From positions 23,312,001-23,376,000 of the forward strand of contig JAQFVV010000005.1 in assembly GCA_028023455.1 (NCBI GenBank): a stretch of DNA of 64,000 nucleotides, written 5' to 3'. Origin of the DNA: Epiperipatus broadwayi (Eukaryota; Animalia; Onychophora). Positions 1-13,739 of this stretch are shown piece after piece. How positions within the stretch are numbered: position 1 is the first letter of the stretch; every line of letters begins with the position of its first letter. The notes beneath the pieces are model-generated. The model was given only the letters and a program-made list of their open reading frames with translations. It ran no database searches and was not told the DNA's origin. Made by a program: the position numbers and the translations under genes.

Positions 1-1399
1 TATGATGGAATAATCAACTATATGAATTCAATACAATATATAGATATATACGGGTATGTATATACTGTAAGTGTGTGTGTGTGTTACTAAAAGGGAAATG
101 CCATAATATTAATTATAAAGTCCAAATTTAAAGCAGGAAATTAGAGAAAGGAAGTATGACTGTATATCACAAAACCGAAAACACATAAATGTAAAAAAAA
201 AACAAAAAAAAAATTATTTATAATTATAAATTGAAAAAATATATTAAATAAATTTAAAATTCAAAATAAAAATGAATTGTATATAGACATTTACTATTTA
301 AGCACTATAAACACTGATATTATATATCTCTTTGCATATATATGTTATGTTAAAAGATGCACAAGATTAAAGTAACCACTTGAAGCTAATACCACAACTA
401 AACGATAAAACATTTGATCATTATTAGTTCCAATTTTCCAATACTTAACTTTCTCAATGCAATTTATTTTAGCATCTTGCTATTTAGAGATACAATACAA
501 ATTTTATTGAGCTCCTCTGATCATTAAGATGCAAGAAATGGCAAATCATGTAAAAATACTCTAGTTACCTTCACTTGAATGAAAAATCTAGCATATAGTG
601 AGCTATCATAATTAGGATGAAAGAAAATAGCTATTTTGACTCTATGTTCTTTATAAACTAAACAATAATTTAATATTTATTTATTTTTTGTAGAAAAAGA
701 ATTCACAATGATATATATGTTCTCTCCACAATCAACCACAATATTTGAACATCATTGTCAGTAGTTAATCACTGACTAAATAAATGAATCTATAACTGCT
801 CAGAAAGTCACGTAGCACTGAATTCACTGAATAACATCTTTTTTATGTTATTCAATTGAGAATCAATCCTGGGACTTTCAATTTCCAATCCCCCATTGTT
901 TCACTGTACTAAACTGAATAAGGCATCAATGATAGTTATTCTCTTAATGTGATTGAATCTAAGCGTCTCAATTTCAGATACAATAAAAGCTTTACATCAT
1001 TAAAACTTTTTTTGTATGTGTGAATGAGTCAATAGATGAAAGAGATCATGAAAAAGACAAATTTAATAATCAACAATGATTGGTGTATATTAAACATCAT
1101 ATGAATTTGACGAGTTGTTCTTTGGAGGACTGTTCTTTTTCTCATTAATGTTACTTGCGTTTCTCAATGAAAAATAAACTCTGAAATATAACTTAATTAT
1201 AGTTTAACTTTTAAAAAAAAAAAAAATAAGCATAGGGCCTAGAATTAGAATGCATTTAAGTCTAATTTCCATTCATTCATGGTAGGTTTAGACTTGATAT
1301 TATTATCTTTCTAGAAGAATGTAAAAGTTGTTTTTTTTTTACTTTTAGAAGAATACATTATAAAAATATGTGTATAGCACTAATATAACTATAATGTGA

Positions 1400-4300
1400 T
1401 AAATATAACTCATATATTATAAAGCATAAATAATGTGATATCAAATGGTCTCAAAGATCCTTAGATTGAGAAGTTTTGTGCATAAACCATATGCCAAAAA
1501 AACCCACTTGGTCAAGTAGAACCTTCTCTTTGAAAATATATATCATAATAAACTCATATTCTGCTAATTTCTTAATACCAAATCATTCTTACAGCTTGAT
1601 GCATTTTTTTTCTTTTCTGATTCCATTTTAATAAAAGCCATTTTATTAATTCCATTATCCTATTCTCATATTCACCAATTTCATTATAAAGATCTAAATG
1701 AAAAATCATAAAATCTTTAATTACCACTACTTTTAAATTTCTCATATTCTCCAAACAATTTATTCAAATCCTCTTTCAATATCCCACGCTCCAAAAATAA
1801 ACATTCAATATTCTTTCATCTCTGCATAAATTACATCTATAATATATATATATAAAAACCAAAAACACTAACTTCTTTTCAAATCTTATTTTTATATGAG
1901 TATTATAAAACCAAGATTTGAAAAGTTGGTGTATTGATTTTTTATATATATATTGAAAGTTATGAACTATTTTTGAAAAGAAAATTGTGAAGATGATATT
2001 TTAAAATTAAATCTATAATCCAAATTCTTATACTATTTTGCCTTAAATCTCTGGTAATTATAGTTCCTATCTTTTAATCAAATAATAGTAAGCTCACTCT
2101 AGTTTTATTATTTATTTTACATATTTTTTTATTCTTATAACTCCAGATTATTATTTTTAATTATCTAACCACTTTATCTATTCTTTCTCCTAATCTCATA
2201 ATTATGTATCTGTATATAAAAAAATATGCCTATGTGTTTGAAAAGAAAGGTTTTTAATAAATGTGTTTTGCCAGTTCTTACTTATGGACCTGAGACTTGG
2301 ACACTTAATAGAAGAGCAATACAGAGACTTCAGACCACTCAAAGAAGTATGGAGAGATGCATGTTGGGAGTAACAAGAAGGGATCGAAAACGTAATGTAT
2401 GGGTAAGACAACAAACAGGTGTTACTGACCTTATTGAAAAAATTAAAAGATTGAAATGGAGTTGGGCTGGACATATTGCTAGAAGAAATGATAATAGATG
2501 GACAATTGAAATTTTAAACTGGATTCCAAGAGATTGTAAAAGACCCAGAAAGAGACCATATGCGAGATGGATGGATGAAATAAGAAAATGTGCAGGGGTG
2601 TTGTGGAGAAGAGAAGCTAAAGATCGGAGAAGATGGATTAAACTTGGAGACCTTCATCCTGCAGTGGATTGATAATGGTTGATAATAATATAAAAAAATA
2701 GAAATTTGCTAATTATGTTCATTCATATATATAAACAATTCCAAACATTTTTTGATTTTAATTTATCTTATTAAAAAAGTAATCCACCCATTTCATACTG
2801 ATTAGATTCACATCCACAATGCATATTTACATTTTTTAATTCCCTGGCCAATACAAAGCATCTCAATTGTAAATTTTAAAGCAGGTACCATCACTTTTTT
2901 CCAAATTATACTACTATAGAAACTTGAGATTTATTAAATGAAAACATGCAATTTTAAATCAATCCCATTCTATTTTTTATAATTCCAACAGAACGTATTA
3001 TTTTCTTTTCCATTTAATCACATGCTTCTTCAAGAGAAGTAATTCACATTTCCATCCTTCCGTTTAACTTTTTCCATTAAATATTAATACCTTCATACTT
3101 TTCTTTGCTGACATTTTATATTCATTATATTGCATTATTCCCTTGGTTCCAACTATGAGAATTCTAACTTCTACCCCAACCTTTTTATTTCTTTTAGAAA
3201 CAAAATAAATAATAAAGATCATAATGGAAATCCCTGTTTCAATCTGATTTAACATTTAACTTTTGAGTGATTCTATATTCTCCAATTCTTATTTATAAAA
3301 ATTGTTCTTGTTAAGACCCATAATCATTCTTAACAACTCTATTCCCATATTTTCAAGACGTCTCCACATCTTAAATCCTTTTTAAATCTAAAATACAATA
3401 AATAAAGATATAATTTCCTTATAAGGTATTACATTGAATAAATTATCCCCTATCTGAACAGAATTCATTTTGAATGTCCTACAAAACAATCTTTTCCACA
3501 AGTGCTAATCCTATCCATTAATATATTTGCAAATATTATTCTTAGTGATATATAGCTACTTGCCAGTTAAAATCTTTGGTCATTTTGTTGTATATTAATT
3601 CACATATCTTTCCAGTCATTAGCTATTTTGATATCATCTATAATTTTATTAAAACTTTCTTTTAAATAAATCCTTGTATATCATCCCATACCTAGTCTCA
3701 ATATGTCATGCAGACGGGTTTTTTTAACTGCCTGTAGCTTTGTTCAATTTCATTAAGCTCTCTAATGAATCATATTCATTTACCACTTTCCTTTCAGCCA
3801 AAGAGTTTATAACAAATTCATTGAATGTTTTTTTTTTTTAAGTTTTCTATCCTCACTTAGAATTCCCTGTACATTTAATAACTTTTCTTATTTTCCACAA
3901 CTCTCCTTTCTCATATTAAACATTTACTCAATTACTTTCCTATTGAGTTTACTTATTTCTGTTCTTAAATCAATTGGGTTTTTTTTTTCCTTAAATAACT
4001 TATCTCATTTAGAATTCACATCTCTTTTTCTCATTATTTCTTCAGTTTCTTTATATGTCTCATATGCCTTTTTCTTTCTTTTACATTTTCTTAATATATT
4101 TTTTTCCTCTGTTTTATATATTTTTATTATTAATCCTATTAAAATATTCATCGACATTCTTCTTTCTCATATCCATCCATTCTTCCTCAATTTTAAATTC
4201 ACCATATTTAATAATTTCCAAAATATTATTAAACCCACTCAATATAATCTCACGACTTATTTTCTATCCACCCCCTATCAACTTTCCTCATAAATACTTA

Positions 4301-4830
4301 AATTTCCAGATACTCCTAATTCTAACAACATAAAATTATAATCATTAGTACATATTTTCTTCATTAATCATGAAATCTTTTTACCTTTTCTAACTCTTTA
4401 TTATTTACCAACACATAATATAAGAATATACTTTCAATTCTGTCTTTGCTGTATAAACTGTCTGTCAAATTCTTTATTCAAATTTGCAATTTTCAATCGA
4501 CTTTTTTCATATTTCCTTTACAATAATACTCCAATCATATTCTCCACGCTTATCAATTTCATTAATATAATTATTTATATAATCTAGAATAAAATAAAAA
4601 TTCATATAACACTACAATACTAACCAAATCCGCAAAATTTTATTAAAATTCTTACACAACCATGGTTTCATCTATTAATAAATGAAACCCCAAATACTCT
4701 CATTCCACCCATTTCACATTTTCACCATTTCCAATAATTAAATATACTATACCAACATCCATTTCTCTTTATTCAATTCTAAAATATTTTTCTTAATAAG
4801 GTCCCTTATTATTTCTTTTTTTTACTCTCA
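1400..4830 (-). pseudogene. Highly decayed non-LTR retrotransposon (LINE) ORF2 relic, interrupted by the RTE insertion at 2227-2687
   Basis: The minus strand is purine-rich with broken RT-like peptides, e.g. AISLRIIFANILMDRI near 3500-3560, resembling the YRxISLL..KI.A.IL..RL motif. Many stops; boundaries approximate. Confidence 0.4.
2227..2687 (+). mobile_element. 5'-truncated RTE-clade LINE (3' end of the RT ORF) with target-site duplication
   Basis: ORF 2226-2672 has the RTE C-terminal motifs CVLPVLTYGPETW, KWSWAGHIARR and RW..EI..W.PR..KRP. It ends in a gataat/taa-type tail. The 13-bp direct repeat atataaaaaaata lies at 2214-2226 and 2688-2700. The ATG at 2226 is created by the junction. 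Confidence 0.9.
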
Positions 4831-5724
4831 TTACATTTATTTAATTTTAATTATATATGTATTTTAATAACAAAATTGACAAATAATAATTATAATAAAA
4901 TTATATATATATATAGTTTTATTTGACTGGATATGACTTGCAGAATTTTTTAATACTAGATGGAATATTGAAAACAAGTATAATCAAAGATACAAATATT
5001 AAACTTTTAACAGTATAAATGAAAATACATATAAAATTAATTATTGCATTACTCATGCAAATGTGAAAGTTAGATTTTAATAAAAATTAAACCCTAGAAA
5101 AAGTTTAATTTTACCATAACAAAAGTTTCAGTTCAGTAAATTTTTTAAAATTTACAATTATCTGCTAAATATGACAAATAAACAAAAATTCGTTTTTTAT
5201 ATTTAATTTTAAAATTAAATAATCATTAAAAAAACAACAACTTAATTCTATCATAATAAAAACTGATTCAGAATTGTTCAATTTTAACAAAAACTAAATT
5301 ATATATAAACTGTAATAAAAATTACAGTTCAATTTTTTTTTTTTAAATTTGCAATTAACTGTTGAAAGTAACAAATAAATACATGAGTGAATTATGTTAC
5401 ACTAAACTGAACCATGACAAAGATGTCGACATTCTGGAAATTTCCATACGTGTGCTTAGAAATTGAAATTGTTTGAAAGTAGAGGTATGTAAAAAAAAAT
5501 CAAAAAGAGTTTTTCAAAATATAGTATTTATTTTTTATTGATTATTCTGGAGTTTTGTTTACAAATTTATCAAGAGTTAATTGAATTGTATTCTTTTTCT
5601 TCTCTTAATAAAACATTCTGTAACATTGTGTCTTTTTCTATTGCCCTTCATACAAGAGATATACGCTCTCCATTGGGATCACATTTTCCATGATGGTCAA
5701 AAATTTGTCAAGATCATGAAGGTT

Positions 5725-7641
5725 TCATTCACATTCTTGATTATCAAGTTCATTATCAGATTCTTCTTCATTTTGTATTTCATTCATCTCTTGTAATTTA
5801 ATCAAGTCTTCATTTGACAGAGGTTCTGAATGAGATTGCATTAGCTCATCAATATCTTCATCAGTGACGTCTAAATTTAAATCATTCATTATATTGACTA
5901 TTTCAGTTGTGATATCTTCAAGAGTTTCTTCAATGTCCATAGAAGCATTCATCATTTTTCCAACAACTTTTGATGGTGAATCTCTTATTTCAGCCCATGC
6001 ATCACCAATAATATTTATTGCATTCCATATATTATAACTTTTCCAAAAATATCTTAATGTAGGTCCACTTTCCTTGTCAATTGCCTTGATTGTTTGAATC
6101 ATTAATCTTCTCATATAATATCGCTTAAAAATAGCTATCACAGCTTGATCCATAGGTTGTAATTTACTTGTGGTATTGAAAGCAATAAACACAACATTAA
6201 CTTCTGGATATAAATTTTGCAGGGATTTTGGATGTCCAGGGGAATTGTTTAAGAGCAATAGTGTTTTAAATGGTAAATTATTCTCACTACAATATTGCCT
6301 AATAGAAGGCAGAAAATGATGTGAGAACCAATCATGAAAAAGCTGTGCAGTAGCCTAGGCTTTAGTATTTGATTTCCAAATATTGGAAGCATTCTTTTAT
6401 CTTTCCTTTCAATGCTCTAGGATTTTCTGTCTAATAAATTAGCATTGGCTTCAATTTAAAATCACCAGCTAATTACCCTCAAGAGACAATGTTAATCTGT
6501 TTTTAGAATATTTATGCCCAGGTGCAACTGATTATTCCTTTGTATGTGCAGGCATCTTTTTCCAAAATAATCCTGTCTCATCTACATTGAAGACTAGGCA
6601 TGGAAAATAAGCTCCATCTTTAATGATATTTGAGAAAGTGGAAATAAATTCACTGGCAGCTTTTTTATCTGCACTGGCACCTTCCCCAGTACATTTAATA
6701 TTATGTAAAGAATATCTCATTTTAAATTTGTGAAACCAGCCATTGTTTGCTACAAATTCAACAGCAGTCTTCTTTTAATTCTTTCTTCCAATCTTCATGC
6801 AAACTAAGAGCCTTAGCTTGAATAATTTATAAACTCACTGGAATGCCTTATTTGATGTTGAGCTTCAATTCATAAAGCCAAAGATTTCTCCATTTCATTC
6901 ATTACTCTGCCATGTCTTTTTGAAACAATCTTTGAAGAAATATTTCCATTAACATATTCCTTAATTTTGTTCTTGTTTTTCACAACTGTATATATTGTTG
7001 ATTGGTTTAAATTACATGAAGCAAAAGATTCACCATTTTCAAAATGTCTAATTATATCCATTTTTGTCTAGACCATTTGGGATTTACGAGACCTTGATTT
7101 CTTTTTGGCTGTATCAATACTGCTGTTTTTCTGTTTCTCACTCGTTTTTAATTAATAAGAATGAAAAAAATTCACCAAAACAGAAATATATATAGTGTAT
7201 ATGTAACTAATCACGCTCACAAACTACTTTTGAAAACAAGTGCTAATCAAAACGAGCCTGTTCATGACAGTCTGTGAAGATATTAAAAATAAAAGTAATT
7301 AATGTCATAAGATTTACTGTATTTTATATAAGTTCTTATTGTTCTTTAAAATATACTTTTAATTATTTTCTAAATTCCAAAGTTTAGAAATCTTTCTTTA
7401 GAAAAAATTCAATTACGAATCAGTTTTTTTTATCAGATACTGTAAATTTGTAGCGTTAATTACTAAAAGGAATTTTTTAACTATTAAAGTATTAAAATAC
7501 TGTACAATTTTGAATATCCATGTATATAGCACTAATTATATACAAAAGTATGTGCATAGTTAAAGATCTAAAATCCAAAAGTGATTACGTAATAGCGAAA
7601 TGTTTTATAACTCGAAGTGTTCGTAACTAGAGAACTGCCTG
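5725..7641 (-). mobile_element. Dead Tigger/pogo-family DNA transposon (CENP-B-type HTH plus DDE_1 transposase, frameshifted)
   Basis: Broken ORFs 6870-7061 (HTH), 6532-6720 (FNVDETGLFWKKMP) and 5725-6258 (LLNNSPGHP with the expected D changed to N; QPMDQAVIAIFKRYY). A Tigger-like terminus TA|CAGGCAGTTCTCTAGTTACGAAC reads on the minus strand from 7641. The other TIR was not found. Confidence 0.9.
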
Positions 7642-9869
7642 TACTTAACATATATGCATACCATGCCAGCCAATGGTGTTTATTATAGCATTTGCACTCA
7701 TTGATTTAGCCATTCCACATTAACTTTCTCTGATAATTTTTCTGATCTCTCAGAATTTTTTTTCTTTCTTAATGCCTGGTTTTAATTATGATTTATAGAT
7801 TTCTTTTTTAAAAAAGTTGTTATTCTGACTTCTTATATGTGTGCATTAGAATAATGTAAAAATAAAATGTCCACAGTATTTTTTATTCCGTAAATTAGAG
7901 AACAAATCACATTCATAACGGGGTTAGGTACAGCCAATGAAGAGATTTCCCAGTCCTGAAAATCTTGAATTGTGAATTCACAATTTACACATCTTACCTA
8001 AATAATGAGATGACAGGGCACTTAAAATTAGTACATATTTAGTAATATAACATTATATGCCTATTTGATTCAACTGATAGTTTTAAAAAATGGAACTGGG
8101 TTCCCATCTAACTAGGATAGATTTTCGTATATAATTAATTATGTGCAAAACAAACATTAATTATGAATTTTATATATATATTCACATGTCTATATTAATG
8201 ACAAAATTTGTAAAAATGAAATTGATAATTTTTTACCTATCCAGAATATTTGTGCTTGTTAACTATAAAAAACATCACATTTAATAATTGTATTTCATTT
8301 TTCACATTTTGAAAGAAAACTCAAACTTATTCTGATTTGTTGTTAATAATGTTAGGTGCTAAAACCAATTCTAAGACTTCTGTATTATATAATTCAAAAT
8401 TCAGAAATTAACTATTATTTAACATCATACATCTTAGATGGAGACATTTAAAATGCACACATTCATTATTTAATTTTATAATTGTAAAATCATTATCATT
8501 TCGAACCATGCAATTATATAACATACAATTTTATATTGCTTGTGAATAAATTACATATAAATGCCTGACTATATCCTATCACTGGTATTCTAATTCGGCC
8601 AGAGTGAAATTGAAATGCTTTCAGGTCAAAAACAAGTTTAAAAAGATTTATCTTTCAAATGAATAATTCAATTAACCACCATATTCTTAACATTTTAAAT
8701 TAATCGGAGTTAGTCATGGTAATTAATAAATAGATATTTAGATCTTAGAAAGTATAAATTCCAGATGAGCCACCCAACAGTGATCCGTAAATATTTATCT
8801 ACACATTCTTAGTTAAAGAGTATAGATCCTAGAATAGTAGAGATTAGTTGGTTGAATGTCGGTATTCTGGCTATAAAAATAATAATAACTATAATAATGT
8901 ACAGCTGCCATAAATTGGACAAAATGAGTAAATGGTTACCTTTACATTTACATCCTTGAACGCAAGTAATGTATCTTCATATGCACACAAACATATGTAT
9001 AACATATATATAGACACGCAAACATATATTCATATTCCTTACGTATTAACATTGTCATTGTTTAAATATTTTATCAAATAAAATATGTAGTAATGTAAAA
9101 AAAATAATGATAATAGTAATACTGTACCTTGGAGAAAACGTTGAAAATATTAAATATAATCTTAGTGCATTTCCAATGCTGAGCATTCTTATCAAAGGCA
9201 ACCATTATATTCGAAACAACAAAAAAAATATGAAATTACATATTTATAAAGCATGTTTTAAAATGCACTCAACTAAATGCTAATTAGATTTTCTCCTCAT
9301 TAGTGAGTCTTTGTTAATAATACACGGCTCTTTAATTTTAGCTTCTCTATTATGTTCAGTCAAACTATCTTTCTAAACTTATTTACTGATCAAACTGTAG
9401 GATCTATTTTAGCTTTATTATAAATACAAATATATAAATGTTTGCTCTCAATTCACTGTAGTAGATATAACAGCGAATTGATTTTTGACATTTAATTACA
9501 TAAACAATGAATGAATATTATTTTGGAATCAGTGTTTGAATACAATAGTTGTCTTTGACAAGGGTACTTGGAATCAAATATGCATTACAATTGCATTTAA
9601 TATTTTCTGACAATACAATATTGTTTTCATTACATTTCAATACTGGAGTTATCATAGTTAATGATAACAGAAACACACAGGCTATAACTGATGATTGCTG
9701 TTTTAGCATGAAATACGTATATTGGTGATTATTTATCTTTTCAACATATGTGTTCAAGTGTATCAGTGTTATGAGATAGTGTGGAGAGTGGTGGTTCGTG
9801 TGAAAGTCTGTGCTTATATACCTTATATATTACATAGTTAATGATGTACATAATAATTTAAAAAAAAAA

Positions 9870-10140
9870 AAAAAATTCAAGTAAACAATAACAATTTTGT
9901 AATGTAATATGTGCAAACATGTGTTGATAAAATATCAACACAAATAATATATTAAAAAAAAAAAAAATTAGGTAAACAATAATTAAATTGTAATATAATA
10001 ATGTAAATAATATATATATAAATTCAATAAACAATAACAATATTGCAATGTAATATAGGTAAATATGCATTAAAAAAAAGCTTAAAATATGTAATAACAT
10101 ATTTTAAAAAATTAAGTAACAATAATAATGTTACGATGTA
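9870..10140. repeat. Degenerate AT-rich tandem repeat
   Basis: A motif of the form aaacaataa(c)aat.ttg.aat.taat recurs about four times at irregular 55-90 bp spacing. Confidence 0.4.
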
Positions 10141-11929
10141 GTGAGTATATGTGTTTATTGCATACAGATATTTTAAAAATAGACAATTCAGAACTTACTT
10201 TACCTTATTGAAGATATGATAAAAGAAAAAAAGAAGACACAAACACAGCACAAACAGAAATAAAATAATATTATTCAACATATAATAAACATAAGTTGAG
10301 ATGCTATGTATCTGTAATTATATATAAATTTCCATTGTGTTGGAGCATTTTTTACTTCCAATTACCATTTAAATTACTGAATAGCTAAGGTGAAGCTATA
10401 AGTTTGTTATTAGTGCGCCTCTATTTGTGGACTTAGCGCTTTCGGAGCACCTACAGCTCCATAATCATAGTCCTTTTTACATGCTGTTGATTCTATGCAA
10501 ATGCATGCAAATTATAACATCCACCTTTTCGAGATCGCGAAGCACGTGTTAACTTATTCAATATAATAATACAGAAGCTTTTGGTTTGTTGTAAGACTTT
10601 CTTTTATAATTCTCTCATAAGAATATTTTAAAAAATGTTTAGATTTTGAAATATTGTGTGAGGAGGCTAATAAATTGTAATCCAAATAAGCTTTATATTT
10701 TAAATAATACAATATTTCTTGTTAAATAATCCTTTTTTTTTTTTGCTTATATCTATTTATTTAATGTATAATATAAATTACTGACAGCAGTTCTTTTTAT
10801 CTTACTCTAGATTAGTTGTTGTCAATTTTCTTTTATCCAGAATGATTCTATATTCAATATTTTGCATAACGATTATTGTCAAATTTTATATACAGCTTAA
10901 AAATAATAATACAAGTGCAGTAATATGCACATGAAAATAAAATAGTGTACTACTCTTACAATGCAACAGTGGCAAAAAATAAAAAAATATTTTGTAGAAA
11001 AACATTTTCTTTTAATAAACTAAAAAAAATTATAAAACTAGAAATATTATCAGAATTATGTTTACATAATTTCAAAATCTAATTACAAACAATTATTACT
11101 TAATTAAATTAATTACTTAATTAAATCGATTGCTTTCTTAGTACCGTCTATTTGGTACTTACATATTAGTCCTGCAACATAGGGGAGAAGGTATGCCTTT
11201 CTACATCCGCAATAAATATGTAATCTTGTGACCGTGTCAAATTTAAGCGAAATAAACCCTGCAATGTTATCCGATCTTGTATAAACGTGTTTCTCTTTAA
11301 CAAAATGTGTTTTTTTTTCTGATATTTCGATATTTTCAGTTATTGCCCACATTTCTTTCTGACAACCGCTTCATTTCAATTGCGTTTTTGCTTCATCCAA
11401 ATATTTTTACATTATTTCTACTACTGAGTTACTCCAGTTCATTTGATTTTAAGTGTGTAAATATAATTATATATATGTAGTGATTGTTTTTTCTTTTTGA
11501 TTTTCTTTTCATAATTTCATAATGCCAGTTATGATCATAACTTCATGAATTCAGTTTCTGCCAGGATAAAAAGTTAATAAAAGTGTTGTAATTTATATTT
11601 CTTTATTTTGTTTTTAAAAAATACATTCGTTTATTACCATTTCTGTGGAAAATCCTGTTTAGGAGATATACTGCACGATCACGTAATCAGTAAAACTCCA
11701 TTTTGGGGGGAATTTTTCAGTTGAAGTCTTCATTTTGTGTCAAAACAGTAAATGACAAATTGCTTCTTTCAGCACAATTCTTGTTATATATTAGATGGTA
11801 AGTAGGATAATACAATTTTATGTTTTTTTGTAAATAATATTTTAGACTATTTTTGTAATTTAGTGATTGTTTGGTCTGTATTTATAGCAACATTTGGGAC
11901 TTGCGTAATGGTGTCTCGTATTTTATATA

Positions 11930-12440
11930 TAGAAATACTGTTTATAAATTTAATGTTTAATATCGATTTCTTGGTCAAATTCATATCTTTAGTATTGTTA
12001 TAAATTTATATTCTGCACCATATTTTATATTTTTTCTGTCATATATATTTTTCTGTAAGGCAAATCAATAATTTTTTTTTTAACTCTTGTTAAAAATGTA
12101 CTTTTTAAGATCGGTTTTTTTTGGTGAAATTTTTATCTTTAGTATTGTTATAAATTTTATAGTTTTTCGTGTGAAAGTCATATATATTTCTGTATGGCAA
12201 ATCAATATTTTTTTTAATGTTCTTTTTAATATCGATTTCTTGCTCAAATTCATATCTTTTTATTGTTATAAATTTAAATTCCACTCCATTTACTATTGTT
12301 ATAAATTTTTAACTTTTTTGTGTGAAAGTTGTAGATATTTCTGTATGTTTATTTACTATTGTTATAAATTTTATACTTTTTTGTGCGAAAGTTGAATATA
12401 ATTCTGTTCCATATTTTATATTTATTGTGTGAAAGTCATA
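11930..12440. repeat. Degenerate minisatellite-like region
   Basis: tattgttataaattt recurs about five times. The block taatatcgatttcttg.tcaaattcatatcttt occurs near 11959 and again near 12227. Confidence 0.55.
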
Positions 12441-12445
12441 TTTTC

Positions 12446-12658
12446 AGTTCTGCAACATGCAGCATATATTAGATATGCTATGCCTTTTCACATATATATT
12501 CAACCTGCTGATAACTTTGTAAATCTTGCCAAAATATCATGTACAAGATCCATGTACATGTTATTTTGGTCAGATCACAAGATTAAAAAGTTATCAGCGG
12601 ATTGATATGAATGTGTAAAGGTACAGCTGGTCTAATATGTGCTCCGTGTTGCAGGACT
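12446..12658. repeat. Imperfect foldback (inverted repeat), arms about 100 bp
   Basis: agttctgcaacatgcagcatatattaga at the left end pairs with tctaatatgtgctccgtgttgcaggact at the right end. Inner arms ctgataactt/aagttatcag are centred near 12545. Confidence 0.75.
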
Positions 12659-13051
12659 AATACACAAGTACCCTGTTTTATCTGAACAATCTCAGAATCT
12701 AATACATAATTTGATACTTTTATGCCAAAACAAGATTTTGAAATGGATTTAAAATTCATTTGAAAAAAAATTTGTTTTGGACACTGCTATATTTTTCCAT
12801 TGTTTAAACCTATCCAGAAAAAGATGCCCAACGCTGCAATACAATTTAATTTATATATTTGAAACTTTTATATATTTCTTTCAATATATTATTCCAAATT
12901 AAATAACTTTTAAAATCAATCAATTTCATTTTCAGGTTATTCATAAAATTTCTCTAAATCAATGATTAAAAAAACAGTAATAAAAGTAATATACTATATT
13001 AAATGTTTGAAAACCAGGCACTCTTCACAAACCTGGAAGCTTAACTGTAAG

Positions 13052-13231
13052 TATAGGGGATTTGAACTCAGATTTTCAAGCACCTTTTAACTATCCACAC
13101 TATCTCATACAACTGATTCACATGACCACACACATGTAGAAAAATACATGTGTGTGGTCTTGTGTATCAGTTGTATGAGATAGTGTGGATAGTTAAAGGG
13201 TGCTTGAAAATCTGAGTTCAAATCCCCTATA
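13052..13231. repeat. Near-perfect 87-bp hairpin with a 6-nt loop
   Basis: 13052-13138 is the reverse complement of 13145-13231 with 3 mismatches by eye. The loop is gaaaaa. Confidence 0.95.
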
Positions 13232-13739
13232 TTAAATATTAACAAAATAAATTATTGGTAAAATATGAATCCGTATCAGTTTAAAAAAAAAAAAAAACTA
13301 TTTGTTTGGAAAAAATTAGTGGGTTCTCCAAAATATATTTCTGGATCACAAAGTGACCTGTGAGCTGAAAAATGTTGGTCATTGCTCTGGAGATATCTAC
13401 TATAAAATCATATCAAAACTGATTTCTGACTTTTGCCTTCATCAATGATAAATAGGATTCAAATCTATAACTAATACACTGTTGCATCTAGCAACTATTT
13501 TTATCTCTTCATAACTAATAATACTAATAAGCAGTTACTCATAAATGAGCAAGGTTAATCCAACCCCAAAAAGAAAAAAAAATAGAAAGGAAGAAAAAAA
13601 AAACTGCTCTAAAAATGAGTTTTGCAATGACTATATAAGCTGTGAACTATAAACATGTCAACATATAAAACATACTGGTCTAATTTTGTGTTTACTTGAT
13701 ATTTCAGAATGCTGTCTTTTAATTTCTTCAGCAGAAAAT

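Noticed and set aside
3943-4333. Short F/I/L-rich ORFs here and at 9858, 12087, 44854, 51476, 56626, 58559 and 62621
   Set aside because: These are low-complexity products of AT-rich DNA or antisense shadows of repeats.
11113-11830. CpG-retaining region with ORF 11113-11352 and an ATG|gtaagt site
   Set aside because: It may be a promoter, but no coherent gene model could be built.
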